Source: an uncultured Nitrospiraceae bacterium
GTDB taxonomy: Bacteria; Nitrospirota; Nitrospiria; Nitrospirales; Nitrospiraceae
DNA length: 64,000 nt
Direction of reading: 5' to 3'
Assembly: GCA_963706325.1 (NCBI GenBank)
Contig: CAVPLT010000005.1
Span: forward strand, 256,001-320,000
Position numbers and translations under genes: made by a program. Under the pieces are notes generated by a model. It was not told where the DNA came from. It did not search any database and saw only the letters and a list, made by a program, of their open reading frames with translations. This document shows, piece by piece, positions 38,012-48,967 of the stretch (positions are counted from its first letter, which is position 1; each line of letters starts with the position of its first letter).

Positions 38012-38341
38012 CTATCGTTTGTACTCAACCGTAACTCGGACGAGAAAATCCCGCAGATGTTCCTGTTGATGCTGTAACGTGTCGAAGTCTTTGGCCAACG
38101 CAGCCTCCTCAAGGTGATGACCGATCGTACTAATCTGATCAAAGCCATATCCGCCGCCATCGCCCTTCATGCGATGGCCCAGAAGACGAATGGTGGTCAG
38201 GTCACCTTGCTTGAGACAGGCTTCAATCGTTGTGAGGTCGCGTTGTCGATTGGCGAGAAATCCCGGCACAATCGCTGCCAGGTCGGGATCAATTCGGACG
38301 ACAATTTTCTCTCGGTGGGCATCGGGGCGCGCCTGTGTCAT
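38012..38341 (-). CDS. Hpt (histidine phosphotransfer) protein
   Basis: [14 protein letters not shown]...G..LE motif. Confidence 0.9.
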   Translation of the reverse strand: MTQARPDAHREKIVVRIDPDLAAIVPGFLANRQRDLTTIEACLKQGDLTTIRLLGHRMKGDGGGYGFDQISTIGHHLEEAALAKDFDTLQHQQEHLRDFLVRVTVEYKR

Positions 38342-40107
38342 TGAGGGCCGGTCCTTTCGAAGGCTGCGAGCAATTCAAGAAGCGTGATTCGTTTGAGAGG
38401 CTTGGTCATGTGGGCGTTGCAGCCCGCCTCGAAAATTCTCATGGCTTCTTCCTTGAGCGCCAATGCCGTCAGCGCCACGATTTGAACCGGGGGCAGATCC
38501 TGCTCCTGTTCCCACTTGCGAATGGTTTTCGTGGCGGTCAACCCATCCATGACCGGCATCTGCATATCCATGAAGATCAGGTCGTAGTGTCCGTTCTGAA
38601 ACTTCGCGACTCCGATCTGACCGTTATCTGCCAGATCCAATCGATGGGGAGTATCCTTGAGATAAGATTTGATCAAGACTTGGTTGTCCAGCGAGTCCTC
38701 GACGAGGAGGATTCGCAGGGGCTTGCATGAGGGCGCCGTCGGTGGTCGCTGATGCTGGGAGGTAGTCAAAAACGCACTCTGGCTGCGTCCGAGAGCGATA
38801 CTGATCGTTTGTTGGAGGTCGGATCGCCGGATCGGCTTGACCAAATATCCGCCCAAGCCGAGATCGTAGGTTTTGGCAATGTCGTCGGCCCACCGATCAG
38901 ACGCCAACATAATGATGGTAAGCCCGCTGAGTCGATGATCGGCACGAATACGCTCGATGACCTCAAACCCATCCATTCCCGGCATTCGACAATCCAGTAG
39001 CAAGAGACCAAAAAGCGTCTTCGAGATCAGCGACTGCTGCAGCAGATCCATCGCCTGTTCTCCGCTGTCAGCTTCTTCCACGAAGGCGCCCCACCCGAAA
39101 AGTGTTTCGCGAAGGATCAACCGATTGGTCGGGTAATCATCCACTACCAAACAACGCAGCCCTGTGAGGTTCGGTGCGATGGCCGGCTTGGGTATCGATG
39201 GGGCCGTCTGTATGCCGAGCCGAACGAGACAATGGAAAGTGCTGCCTTCGCCCAGTGTGCTTTCGGCCCAGATTCGTCCCCCCATGAGCGTGGCCAGTCG
39301 TTGTGAAATCGAGAGTCCCAGGCCTGTGCCGCCGTATTGGCGAGCAATGGTGCTATGGGCTTGCGTGAAGGTGTCGAAAATGGTCTTCAACTTGTCCGGA
39401 GGTACTCCGATCCCGGTGTCCGTAATCGAGAATCGAATGACGCCTGCTTCCTGACAGTCGGGATCGTTGGTGACCGTCATGACCACCGAACCCATCTCCG
39501 TGAATTTGATTGCATTCCCCAGCAAGTTCAACAGGATTTGGTACAGTCGATTCGGATCGCCGATGAGATGGCAGGGCACATCGGGGGCCAGGTGCGAGAC
39601 CAGTTCGAGCCCTTTTTCATTGGCGCGAAGCGCCAGCATCTCACTCGCCTTGTCGATCAGCTCGGAGAGATCGAAATCGATGGTGTCCAGGTCTAAGCGA
39701 CCCGATTCGACTTTGGAGAGGTCGAGAATATCGTTGATGAGGCTCAAGAGACTTGCGCCGGCGCGGCGAAAGATGCGCAGATACTTTCGTTGCTCAGACG
39801 TGAGTGTGGTTTCCCAGAGCAGATCGGCCATGCCGATGATGGCGTTCATCGGGGTCCGGATCTCGTGACTCATACTGGCGAGAAATTCGCTTTTGGCGCG
39901 ATTGGCGACATCGGCGGCGTCTTTCGCGGTCTGTAGTTCCTCAACACGACGCTGCAATTCGTTCGAGACACGTTGCAGAGCGCGTTCGGCGCGCCGCCGT
40001 GCGGTTTGCTCGCGTTGCAGTGCTGTGGGCGGACGAGAGGAAGCGCGGGAAACGGGTTTTGATGATGCTGTCGTCCTTGGCCGGGGGTGCGCGGTGCGTT
40101 TCGCCAT
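38338..40107 (-). CDS. Cytoplasmic hybrid histidine kinase with two receiver domains
   Basis: [37 protein letters not shown] and MDMQMP. Confidence 0.93.
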   Translation of the reverse strand: MAKRTAHPRPRTTASSKPVSRASSRPPTALQREQTARRRAERALQRVSNELQRRVEELQTAKDAADVANRAKSEFLASMSHEIRTPMNAIIGMADLLWETTLTSEQRKYLRIFRRAGASLLSLINDILDLSKVESGRLDLDTIDFDLSELIDKASEMLALRANEKGLELVSHLAPDVPCHLIGDPNRLYQILLNLLGNAIKFTEMGSVVMTVTNDPDCQEAGVIRFSITDTGIGVPPDKLKTIFDTFTQAHSTIARQYGGTGLGLSISQRLATLMGGRIWAESTLGEGSTFHCLVRLGIQTAPSIPKPAIAPNLTGLRCLVVDDYPTNRLILRETLFGWGAFVEEADSGEQAMDLLQQSLISKTLFGLLLLDCRMPGMDGFEVIERIRADHRLSGLTIIMLASDRWADDIAKTYDLGLGGYLVKPIRRSDLQQTISIALGRSQSAFLTTSQHQRPPTAPSCKPLRILLVEDSLDNQVLIKSYLKDTPHRLDLADNGQIGVAKFQNGHYDLIFMDMQMPVMDGLTATKTIRKWEQEQDLPPVQIVALTALALKEEAMRIFEAGCNAHMTKPLKRITLLELLAAFERTGPQ

Positions 40108-40195
40108 ATCCTGGTCCGGTCGTCTCCAGCCTTCGTGCCAGCTTGCCCGCAGGTGGTGTGGAGTGCGGAGTCGCGTTGGCGTCCGCAGGAGGAGG

Positions 40196-41207
40196 TCAGT
40201 CCTTGTGAATGTGATGCACGAGGGTCAGCACTCCGGCCTGTTTGGCGCGATTTCGTCCTTCTTGCTTGGCTTGATACAGCGCTTGATCGGCAGCCCGTGA
40301 TGAGATCGGTCGGTGCGGCTGATCGGTCGGGAACGTGCTCGCGAAGCCGAGACTGATGGTCACGGGATCTCCATTGGGGTGTTTCATCTCGGCTTCGCTG
40401 AACTTTCCGTCTGAGTGTATCCGCGACCTGGGCCGCGCCGTCCACCGTGGTTCCCGGCAGCACAATAACGAACTCGTCTCCTCCATATCGCGCGACCAAG
40501 TCGCCAGGACGATTCACATGGCTCCGAATATGACAGCTGTGCCACCTGTCGGAGACATTCGTCGCCGGCCTGATGGCCATGGCTGTCGTTATAGGTCTTG
40601 AAGAAATCGATATCGAGCATAATCAGCGAGAGGGGAGTCGATTCGCGCGCGGCTCGCCGCCATTCCTGGTCGAGGAAATCGTCAAACTGCCGCCGGTTCG
40701 TAATCCCGGTCAGGCCGTCGAGGCAGGAAAGACGCAGCAACATCTGATTGGCTTCCTGCAGTTGGCGCATGACCTCAAGGAGCTCTTGCTCGCGTGCCCG
40801 TCGACGCTCGATTTCATGCACGAGGCGCAAGCACGCAGCGGACGCGTGTGAGGAGCTCGATTTTACTGAGCGGTTTGGCCACATAGTCAATCGCGCCTGC
40901 GGCAAACGCGAGCTGCAGGTCGACCGGATCTGTCTTGACTGTGGCCATGATGATGGGGATGTCACGATATCGTTCGACGGCCTTAATCTGCCGACAGGCT
41001 TCGATCCCGCTGGTGGTCGGCATGAGGATGTCCATTAAAATCAGATCGACCCGGACTGGCCAGCGGCTTGCCGCCGTCGAGCCCCAGAAGACGAAACGCT
41101 GCTGCGGCGGATTCCGCGACGAAGGTGTCTTCGTAGCCGGCATTCGAGAGGATGGATTGCATCAACAGGCGATCGTCCGCCGAATCATCGACGATCAAGA
41201 TACCCAT
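40196..41207 (-). pseudogene. REC-GGDEF diguanylate cyclase with multiple frameshifts (pseudogene or sequence error)
   Basis: Consecutive pieces in different frames: MGILIVDD.. / [13 protein letters not shown] / [24 protein letters not shown] / [14 protein letters not shown] / [16 protein letters not shown]. Confidence 0.85.
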
Positions 41208-41254
41208 GGCAACAAGTCTCCCTGAGAGGTGTGTCGTAGAGGGGATGCTAGCAG

Positions 41255-41902
41255 CTAGTCTGTGTAAACACCAGGGTAAAGCTTTTTGATGCAGGGGGTA
41301 CAGAGCCCGTGACTGAATTCGGCTTCCGAATGTTGTTGAATGTATTCCTCCAACTGTTGCCAGAAACCTTGGTCGTTTCGAATCTTCTTGCAGGACGCGC
41401 AAATCGGCACAAGGCCCTTCAGGACTTTCACCTCGCGCAAAGCCTGTTGGAGCTCCGCGTTGCTGCGCCGTAGTTCCCCCTCGCGGGCTTTGCGGCAATC
41501 CATTTCTTTCTTCAGCATGAGGGCGGAATTCACCCGTGCCAGGAGCTCCACGCTGTTGACTGGTTTGGTGATGAAGTCCATGGCGCCGGCCGAAAAGGCT
41601 GCCTGGAGGTTGTCGAGATCTGTTTTCGCGGTGACGACGATGACAGGAATATCCCGCAAAAGATCCAAGCTCTTGATGTGGCGTGTGGCGGCGACGCCGT
41701 CAATGCCAGGCATGAGACAGTCCATGAGAATGAGGTCGATGGAATGTGGAAGATCCGATGACGAGGGGTGCGTGATCCCCAGCGCGTCATAGGCAGCGGA
41801 GGCTGAATCCGCAACTAGAAGATCCTGATAGCCGGCTTTTCTGAGAATCGTGCTGAGCAAAAGCTGCTGGTCCGGCGAATCGTCAACAACTAAAATCTTC
41901 AT
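41255..41902 (-). CDS. Response regulator with a C-terminal Cys/His domain
   Basis: REC (VDD, MDCLMP, KP), coiled coil, PICASCKKIRNDQGFW...FSHGLCTPC. Confidence 0.9.
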   Translation of the reverse strand: MKILVVDDSPDQQLLLSTILRKAGYQDLLVADSASAAYDALGITHPSSSDLPHSIDLILMDCLMPGIDGVAATRHIKSLDLLRDIPVIVVTAKTDLDNLQAAFSAGAMDFITKPVNSVELLARVNSALMLKKEMDCRKAREGELRRSNAELQQALREVKVLKGLVPICASCKKIRNDQGFWQQLEEYIQQHSEAEFSHGLCTPCIKKLYPGVYTD

Positions 41903-42058
41903 CTGCGGACCCTATTCGATGAGTGGCTTGTGGGACGTCGAAACATGCCGAGGGATAGTCTGGATCGTCGGCATTCTGTGGAGCGACATCTACATGGCGC
42001 CCGGCGAGATCTGTATCGGCAGAATCGAATGAGAGATTGAATCTAGCTGGTGGAGGGG

Positions 42059-42508
42059 TTATCGCTGGAGCGCCGCTCTCACCAAATCACTGACAACTTT
42101 GCCGTCGACGGATTGGCCGGCCAAGCGGGCCATCACGGCTTTCATTACCTGACCCATGTCCTTCAAAGACGATGCGCCGGATTCTTTGACCGCGGCCTCC
42201 ACGACCCGTGCCACCTCTTCGGAGGAGAGGGCGGCGGGAAGATAGGCCTCAATGATGGTGATTTCCTGCCGTTCCTTCGTCGCCAGGTCTTGCCGGTTGC
42301 CCTTCTCGAACTGCTCGGCCGCTTCTTTTCTCTGCTTGATCAGCGTGGTCATAATCCGGCTCATTCCGGCATCGTCCAGATCTTGCTTCAGCTCGACTTC
42401 CTTGTATTGCACGGCGGCCTTGATCATGCGGATCACGTCCATGCGGAGTTGATCTCTGGACTTCATCGCCGATTTCAAATCTTCGCTTAACCGATCATGC
42501 AATGACAT
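42059..42508 (-). CDS. GatB/YqeY domain protein
   Basis: DLKSAMKSRD, KQRKEA..F..GNR.DLA..E, KDMGQVM. Confidence 0.92.
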   Translation of the reverse strand: MSLHDRLSEDLKSAMKSRDQLRMDVIRMIKAAVQYKEVELKQDLDDAGMSRIMTTLIKQRKEAAEQFEKGNRQDLATKERQEITIIEAYLPAALSSEEVARVVEAAVKESGASSLKDMGQVMKAVMARLAGQSVDGKVVSDLVRAALQR

Positions 42509-42716
42509 GGAATTCCTTTCAGATAGACGCCTACCGTCATGCAGAATAACTGCTTTGCCAAAAGCAGTCAACGAGATCGGGCTGACATCTCTTGCGGAAG
42601 GGGGCGCCACGTGACGTCGGGCGTGGCGTTTTCATCTTGAGCGCAGGTGAAGACTATCCCATAATGTAGCGCCTACGAGGGGGATGAACGTGACTGCCAT
42701 GAAAGGGGAGCAGCGT

Positions 42717-42929
42717 ATGGATAACAAAGGTGTAGGGATAGGAACAAACATTCGGTTCAAGGGAGTTGTCTGCGGCCTCATCGCAACTGCCGTGCTGGTC
42801 GTGGCTTGCGCGAGCGAAAAGCCGAAACCGATGGGCCAGCCCTCTTCGGAGCAGGTGAAAGGGAGTGCGGATCGCGCCTTTGATAAGCTCAAGCAGGAAG
42901 AGAGGGAGCGTAAGGCGGCAGGAATGTAA
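42717..42929 (+). CDS. Small putative lipoprotein
   Basis: GGGGAG RBS, hydrophobic leader ending VVAC. Confidence 0.65.
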   Translation: MDNKGVGIGTNIRFKGVVCGLIATAVLVVACASEKPKPMGQPSSEQVKGSADRAFDKLKQEERERKAAGM

Positions 42930-42958
42930 CTTGCCTAGGCTGGCATATTTGTCATCGG

Positions 42959-44368
42959 TCAGGTCGGGTTTCGCCAGGGCCAGCGTGCGGCAAGCGGTTT
43001 GACCAGCGGAAGTTCCCATACCAACCGTCGATGAGGCGGCGGGATGAGATGACGCGGCTCACCGAACGTCCCCAATAGAGTCACGGAGATCAGCAATCGC
43101 AACGCACCGGAGAGGCAAAAGACGAACGGCAGGTTGGATGCCGGTGTCACTTCCCACAGACCTAGCGAGAGCTGGGTCGGGATAATGGTCGCGAGCCAAC
43201 TACCAGTCAAGGCTCCGACACCCCATCCGACCGCATTCATCGCATTGGCAAGCGCCACGCCCCGCGTGCGTTCCTCGGGCCGGAGCGAGTCGAAGACATA
43301 ATTCTGTAGTCCCAGTGATAATCCCGCCCATATCACGCCGCCCCCAAAATTCCAGATCAACAGAAACACATAGTGATCACTCAGCAGATAGCCCATCGGC
43401 AGCAGCGGCACGGCCAGTCCGGTGACTGTCAGCATTGTTTTATTGCCATACCGATCGCCGACTTGCCCCCATGCGGTGAGGGTGAGGAACTGTGCAGAGA
43501 TGCTGCTGGCCATCCATCCGGCATACTGCAGATAGCTCCAGTGCAGATCTCGTAGCAGGTAGACGACAAAGAACGGACCTGAAACGAGCACAGCAAAATG
43601 CATCAACCCAGAAAACAGCAGGAAGTAGCGAAAGTCGGTCGTCGCACTTTCAACAAGAAAATGCCAAAAGCCCTTCGGGGCCTCGACCTGGTGCGTCGGG
43701 ACTAACGTTGAGATTTTAGTCTGGCACCGCGTGGCTCCCATTCGCGCGGCCGCGGCACTTAAAAAAATCACTACGAACCCGAGCCAACTGATCCCCCATT
43801 TCTGGCCGAGCGTCAAGATCGTTCCCGCTACTCCCAAAGCCACGAAGCTCGTTAGTGCCGTGATGCGAGCTCGATGAGCGAAGTAGGCTCCCCGGCCATT
43901 CGGTTCGACCAAGTCAATCAGCAAGCTGTTCCACGCAGGGGTCGGGGCCTGTCCGAACGCGAAATACAGCATGGCGCATCCGATAAGAAGCCATGGGCCA
44001 TGTTCAGGTATGAGCAGGGGGAGTGCGAGGAGCGGAAGCCAACAGAGGGTCTGTCCCCATCCGCCGGCGAAAATGAGCTGGCCGGGTGTACGGAGGTACC
44101 GAAGGAGTTTCACCGACGACAGCTGCGCCACCATCCCGACCAATTGGGGTAACGCGGAGAGGATACCGATGTGAAATGGCGAAGCATGCAAAAGCAAGGC
44201 AAAGGCTGCGAAATAGGTTTCTCCCCCGCCTTGCGCCGCTGCCTGAAAGGCCGCATCGCGAACGCCCTGTTGTCGGCTCAGAGCCTTGGTGTCTTGTTCG
44301 AGCGAGGGATCTCGACCGCATGAGGATGCCGTCGTTGAGATGTGCCTGTCGGCAGGTGGCTGATTCAT
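42959..44368 (-). CDS. MFS transporter
   Basis: About 12 TM helices; WGQVGDRYGNK loop motif. Confidence 0.88.
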   Translation of the reverse strand: MNQPPADRHISTTASSCGRDPSLEQDTKALSRQQGVRDAAFQAAAQGGGETYFAAFALLLHASPFHIGILSALPQLVGMVAQLSSVKLLRYLRTPGQLIFAGGWGQTLCWLPLLALPLLIPEHGPWLLIGCAMLYFAFGQAPTPAWNSLLIDLVEPNGRGAYFAHRARITALTSFVALGVAGTILTLGQKWGISWLGFVVIFLSAAAARMGATRCQTKISTLVPTHQVEAPKGFWHFLVESATTDFRYFLLFSGLMHFAVLVSGPFFVVYLLRDLHWSYLQYAGWMASSISAQFLTLTAWGQVGDRYGNKTMLTVTGLAVPLLPMGYLLSDHYVFLLIWNFGGGVIWAGLSLGLQNYVFDSLRPEERTRGVALANAMNAVGWGVGALTGSWLATIIPTQLSLGLWEVTPASNLPFVFCLSGALRLLISVTLLGTFGEPRHLIPPPHRRLVWELPLVKPLAARWPWRNPT

Positions 44369-44521
44369 AAGGCCATGCAGTGTTTAAGAGCTGACTGACA
44401 GATGTGTAGGGTACGGGACTTTGAGGATCATGAGGATTATATCAGAGCGCCGGTCCACTTCTGGTGCGTCAGCGCTTGGCGCCCGGTTGACCCCTTGAGC
44501 AACAGTGAGTACGATATTCAC

Positions 44522-45211
44522 ATGGATCTCAAGATGACATGGCCAGGCCCCACCCGGTCCGCCTATGGCGCATGGTCAATTTTCCGACTCATGTCAGGGC
44601 TCCTTGTGATGGTTGGGTTGGGGTTATCGAACACGACGGTGGAAGGGCGTGATCTGATGGTCCCGAAAGAGCAGGCGACCACGGAGTACGAGCCGACCGA
44701 GGCACCGTCCCTTGATGTGCAACGCAAGGGCGTTCCGCAGTCGCTCTTTACCTGGATCAAGATGGCGCGCGGCTATGAGGTGGAGTGGGATTCGTTTGGA
44801 CGAAAGGGGTGGTATACGCAGGACCCTCGTCTCAAACCGGTGGACCCGGATACAAGCCTGTTCACTTCTGACACTCCCGCGGTCTACATTGTGTTTGAGG
44901 TCGCCCCGCTTGAAGACCCGGCGCAGTTTGCCGCGCAGGTATTTCCCGTGGGAGCAGACGGCAAGACCAGTGACACCGTGATCGTGCGTGATAGTCTGGA
45001 GGTCCCAGGCCATGAGCGGTATGGATTCTTGGAGCTGAAAAAGCCATCGGAACGATGGCCGTTAGGAACATACCTGGTCAAAATCTACATTACCTCCCTC
45101 GGGCAGCAACCCTTCCATGCCGTCAATCAAGTCGGCACTATGCATTTTTCAGTGACCGACCAACCGATGTCGAGTGCCCCACCTACTTCACCGGATTCCA
45201 CGACACGTTGA
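44522..45211 (+). CDS. Hypothetical exported protein
   Basis: Hydrophobic leader and beta-rich domain ending WPLGTYLVKIY; start uncertain. Confidence 0.65.
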   Translation: MDLKMTWPGPTRSAYGAWSIFRLMSGLLVMVGLGLSNTTVEGRDLMVPKEQATTEYEPTEAPSLDVQRKGVPQSLFTWIKMARGYEVEWDSFGRKGWYTQDPRLKPVDPDTSLFTSDTPAVYIVFEVAPLEDPAQFAAQVFPVGADGKTSDTVIVRDSLEVPGHERYGFLELKKPSERWPLGTYLVKIYITSLGQQPFHAVNQVGTMHFSVTDQPMSSAPPTSPDSTTR

Positions 45212-45300
45212 ATATCGCCCGCCGCTTGGTCTAACGTGCAGCACCGTGTGCTCTAGCCGAGCGCAACGCTGGTCAAGTGATTTTACCCAGGAGCAGGTGC

Positions 45301-45576
45301 ATGAAGGAAACCGATGCGGAGAAGTTGGCGTTGTTATATGAGCGTTTTCGGGATGTCTGTTTGGTCGAGAAGGAAGTGTGGACGGAAATCTATATGCCCA
45401 GGACTTTCAAAGACGGGACTGCCGTGAGGACGAACATTCAAGACCGGTACCACGTCGTGATCGATGATCAAGCGGTAGAGGATGCCTTGGAGGCGAACAT
45501 CCCTCTTGGACAGGCCGCGTTAGGAGCGGCCATCCAAGAGTATCGAGCCCACATAAGTTTTGAGAAGCAGGCGTAG
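45301..45576 (+). CDS. Hypothetical protein
   Basis: AGGAG RBS before ATG 45301. Confidence 0.7.
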   Translation: MKETDAEKLALLYERFRDVCLVEKEVWTEIYMPRTFKDGTAVRTNIQDRYHVVIDDQAVEDALEANIPLGQAALGAAIQEYRAHISFEKQA

Positions 45577-45583
45577 AACAGCG

Positions 45584-46204
45584 TCAGCTCTTCGCGAGGA
45601 ATCGCTCCACATCCTTCACAACCTCATCGGCCAACGGTTTCGTCCGGTGGTTATAACGGGCCACCACGTTGCCGGACCGATCCACCAAATACTTTTGAAA
45701 GTTCCACTCCACTTCACCGGGGAATGGGCTTTTTTCCGTGAGGTATTGGTAAAGAGGGTGTTTGTCGCCGCCTTTGACGCTGATTTTGCTGAAGAGCGGG
45801 AACCCCACACTATACTTCGTCAGACAGAAACCTTTGATCTCTTCATTGGTCCCCGGCTCCTGCTGGCCGAAGTTATTGGCTGGGAAGGCGAGAATTTCAA
45901 AGCCCTTGGCTTGGTAAGCTTCGTACATGGTTTCCAGGTCCGTATATTGGGGAGTATTGCCGCACAAGCTGGCGGTATTGACGAGCATGATGACCTTCCC
46001 CTTAAATTGACTGAGTGAAACCGGTTTCCCGTCGATATCGTTCAGGGTGAAATCGTAGACATTTGGGGACTGAACAGCCATAGGTTTTGCTCCTTGCTCT
46101 GCCGATCCGACTTGCCCAACGCCCGTGAAGGCGCCGAGTCCGAAACCTATGATAAGCCCGCCGACGAGCACGTTCCAGGAACAGCATGGTCGAGAGGACG
46201 GCAT
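45584..46204 (-). CDS. Glutathione peroxidase family protein (Cys type) with N-terminal leader
   Basis: VNTASLCGNTPQY, FPANNFGQQEPG, WNFQKYLVD. Confidence 0.93.
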   Translation of the reverse strand: MPSSRPCCSWNVLVGGLIIGFGLGAFTGVGQVGSAEQGAKPMAVQSPNVYDFTLNDIDGKPVSLSQFKGKVIMLVNTASLCGNTPQYTDLETMYEAYQAKGFEILAFPANNFGQQEPGTNEEIKGFCLTKYSVGFPLFSKISVKGGDKHPLYQYLTEKSPFPGEVEWNFQKYLVDRSGNVVARYNHRTKPLADEVVKDVERFLAKS

Positions 46205-46219
46205 GTGATGACTCCTTGG

Positions 46220-47137
46220 TTAGAGGCGTTGCAATGCCTCGACGCGCTCCTCAATCGGAGGATGGGTGGCCAGTAAATGCATAAAAGCCGACGTATTACC
46301 GGAGATTTTCATAGTCGCTAAGGCGTCGTGAGTCGAATACTCGAACTGGGCACGGTTCACCCATCGGTCGATCCCCTGCAGGGCGTTGATCATCGACTGC
46401 TTTCCGTAGACTTTGGCTGAAAAGGCGTCTGCGGCAAATTCCCGGCGGCGAGAATGCCAGCTGATAACTAGCATGGCCAATACCGACAACACGACTTGCA
46501 AGAAGAGGTAAACGACGAAGCCCAGGATTGGATTACCGCTCTGGGCCTCCTCGCGATCGCCTCCTTGCGGCTGGGCGACCATCTGGTACACAAAGTTGCT
46601 GATGTAGTGCACAAAGGTGTTCATCAAGCCGGCGAGCACCGTCGTGGAAAACATGTCGCCATTGAAGACATGGCCCATTTCGTGGGCGAGAACAGATTTC
46701 ACCTCATCCTCGCGCAGATTTGCGAGCAGGCCGGTTGACACGGCAACCATCGCAGAATTTTTGGTTGGCCCAGTGGCGAAGGCGTTGGGATCCGCCGACT
46801 CGTACACCCAGACCTCCGGCATCGTGATATGCAGGCGTTGGGCAATCTCCTGCACGGAGCCGTAAATCACCTGTTCAGCGTTCGTACGAGGATGGATAAT
46901 CTGAGTGCAATCCAGCATGGCCCGGGCCATCTGTTTGGAGAAGAGTAAGCTGATAAAGGCGCCGCCGAAGCCGATCACAAGAGACCAGACCAGTAGCTCT
47001 TGGCTGAACGCCCCGCGGACATCAATGCCGAACGACGGCAACACCACATTCACCAACACCCTGACGGTAATCGACAGGGTCAGGTAGATCAGCACGTTCG
47101 CAATGAGAAGCAGCCCGATACCCTTCAACGACTTCAT
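46220..47137 (-). CDS. htpX: Membrane zinc protease HtpX
   Basis: PNAFATG, AHEMGHV.NGDM, SRRREF.AD, THPP. Confidence 0.95.
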   Translation of the reverse strand: MKSLKGIGLLLIANVLIYLTLSITVRVLVNVVLPSFGIDVRGAFSQELLVWSLVIGFGGAFISLLFSKQMARAMLDCTQIIHPRTNAEQVIYGSVQEIAQRLHITMPEVWVYESADPNAFATGPTKNSAMVAVSTGLLANLREDEVKSVLAHEMGHVFNGDMFSTTVLAGLMNTFVHYISNFVYQMVAQPQGGDREEAQSGNPILGFVVYLFLQVVLSVLAMLVISWHSRRREFAADAFSAKVYGKQSMINALQGIDRWVNRAQFEYSTHDALATMKISGNTSAFMHLLATHPPIEERVEALQRL

Positions 47138-47422
47138 GTATGTCCTCCTTAAAAACCCGTTCTCCTCACTCCTTCATGCTAGGGAAGGAGCGGACCTTGG
47201 ATGTCATTATACCGAATGCCCAGCCCATGTGCTGTCGGGAAGCAGTTACACATGGGCGATTCGTCATCCAGTAGAGCAGATAATACCATGTTGCCATTCA
47301 GTCAAGACAGGATCCCGAGGTCTACTGAGGCACCTTCATAATGTCCATGTCGGCGCCATAAACAAGATCTGCTAATCTGGCGGTCGGTTGACCCGCTCTG
47401 CCCCTTCTGCTAGAAAAGACGA

Positions 47423-47857
47423 ATGAATGCAGCCCTGTTTTCTCTTCGCGCGAGCATGCTTGCTGCACTCCTGATGTGGCCTGCGCTTGCGACGGGGGCT
47501 GATCAGGCGCCCCAAGTCCCTCCGCTACAGGTACCGGTTGATCTGCTGGATGGCGTTCAACGAGCCACCATCATTTTGGACAGCTATTCCTACACGCCTA
47601 GTCATCTGATCGTGCAGGCAGGAAAGCCCGTCGAGCTGCTCTTGACCAGCATCACGACCATCACTCCGCATAACTTCCTATTGAAGGGTGACGCCGCAGG
47701 GTTGTCGATCGAGCGAGATGTGGGGTCTGGCCGAACCGTCACCGTACAATTCACGCCCATGAAACCGGGCATCTACACCTTCTATTGCGACAAGAAATTG
47801 TTGTTCTTCCCCAGCCACCAAGAGAAGGGCATGGAAGGCACATTGGAAGTCAGATAA
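47423..47857 (+). CDS. Cupredoxin-domain exported protein
   Basis: Signal peptide, PHNF, PG.Y.FYC.....H..KGM.G.L.V type-1 Cu ligands. Confidence 0.88.
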   Translation: MNAALFSLRASMLAALLMWPALATGADQAPQVPPLQVPVDLLDGVQRATIILDSYSYTPSHLIVQAGKPVELLLTSITTITPHNFLLKGDAAGLSIERDVGSGRTVTVQFTPMKPGIYTFYCDKKLLFFPSHQEKGMEGTLEVR

Positions 47858-47869
47858 GAAGGTTGCTCC

Positions 47870-48910
47870 ACGTCTATCGACTCCGCAAGACACGAACTCC
47901 TCCACGGCATCCTTAAGCAGGTTTCCCGGTCTTTTTACCTGACCCTCAACGTGCTGCCGCGGGATGTGCGCGACCAGATGGGACTGGCCTATCTCTTCGC
48001 GCGTGCCGCCGACACCATCGCCGATACGGACCTGATCGGTCGCGAAGAACGGCTCCGATATCTTAACGAATTTCGAGCGCAGTTCACTGCTCACGATGGG
48101 CGGCGAACGGATGTGCAGGGGATTCAGGCGGCGCTTGGTCCCCATCAAACCAATTCTGCCGAGCGTGTACTGCTGCAGCGCCTGGACGAGTGTTTGGTCC
48201 TGTATGACGGGTTCGATCCAGGCGATCGCGAGCGGATTCGATGGCTGATGAGCGTATTGCCGGACGGGATGGCGATGGACCTGACCCGTTTTCGCGGCGA
48301 GTCAGCGCAGGAGCTAACGGCCCTTCACACATTGGATGAGCTGGATCAATACACCTATTACGTCGCCGGGTGTGTCGGCGAGTTCTGGACCCGGATGGTT
48401 TGTGCCCACCGACCAGCCATGGCCCGGTGGGATGTCACGCGCATGTCGGCTATGGGCGTGCGCTTCGGCAAGGGTCTCCAGCTCACCAATATTGTGAAGG
48501 ATATTGCTCGGGATCTCCACCGTGGCCGCTGTTATGTGCCGGAACCGCTCCTTCACGAGGCAGGGCTCACACCGTCGGACTTGCTCAATCGAAGCAATCT
48601 GCCGAGGTTTAGGCCGGTCCTGAATCGACTGATCAAACTTGCCATGGAACATCTAGACCAGGGGTGGATGTACACGATGGCGCTGCCACGTTCAGAAATC
48701 CGTCAGCGGTTGGCCTGCATGTGGCCGATTTTGCTGGCCGGAGAAACGCTGAAGCGCGTGGCGGGGGCTTCCGACCTGCTGGACCCGGCCGTCAATGTCA
48801 AAGCGCCGCGCTCCGTGGTCTATCGCGTGCTGGCGCTCACCACACTCACTGGGGGCTGCGGTTACGTCGGCACGGCCTATTGGGGGCGGCTGCGGAAGCA
48901 AATCCTCTAG
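47870..48910 (+). CDS. Squalene/phytoene synthase family protein (start uncertain)
   Basis: LKQVSRSFYLTL upstream of GTG 47951, YLFARAADTIAD, YTYYVAGCVG, LQLTNIVKD..RD...GRCYVP. Confidence 0.88.
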   Translation, partial: TSIDSARHELLHGILKQVSRSFYLTLNVLPRDVRDQMGLAYLFARAADTIADTDLIGREERLRYLNEFRAQFTAHDGRRTDVQGIQAALGPHQTNSAERVLLQRLDECLVLYDGFDPGDRERIRWLMSVLPDGMAMDLTRFRGESAQELTALHTLDELDQYTYYVAGCVGEFWTRMVCAHRPAMARWDVTRMSAMGVRFGKGLQLTNIVKDIARDLHRGRCYVPEPLLHEAGLTPSDLLNRSNLPRFRPVLNRLIKLAMEHLDQGWMYTMALPRSEIRQRLACMWPILLAGETLKRVAGASDLLDPAVNVKAPRSVVYRVLALTTLTGGCGYVGTAYWGRLRKQIL

Positions 48911-48967
48911 ACGCGTAGACGCCTTGACCCGTCGACTCTGCGGTATAGTTGTGGAGCAGGGGAGGAC

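Noticed and set aside
45584..46204. Selenocysteine glutathione peroxidase
   Set aside because: The active-site codon is TGC (Cys), not TGA
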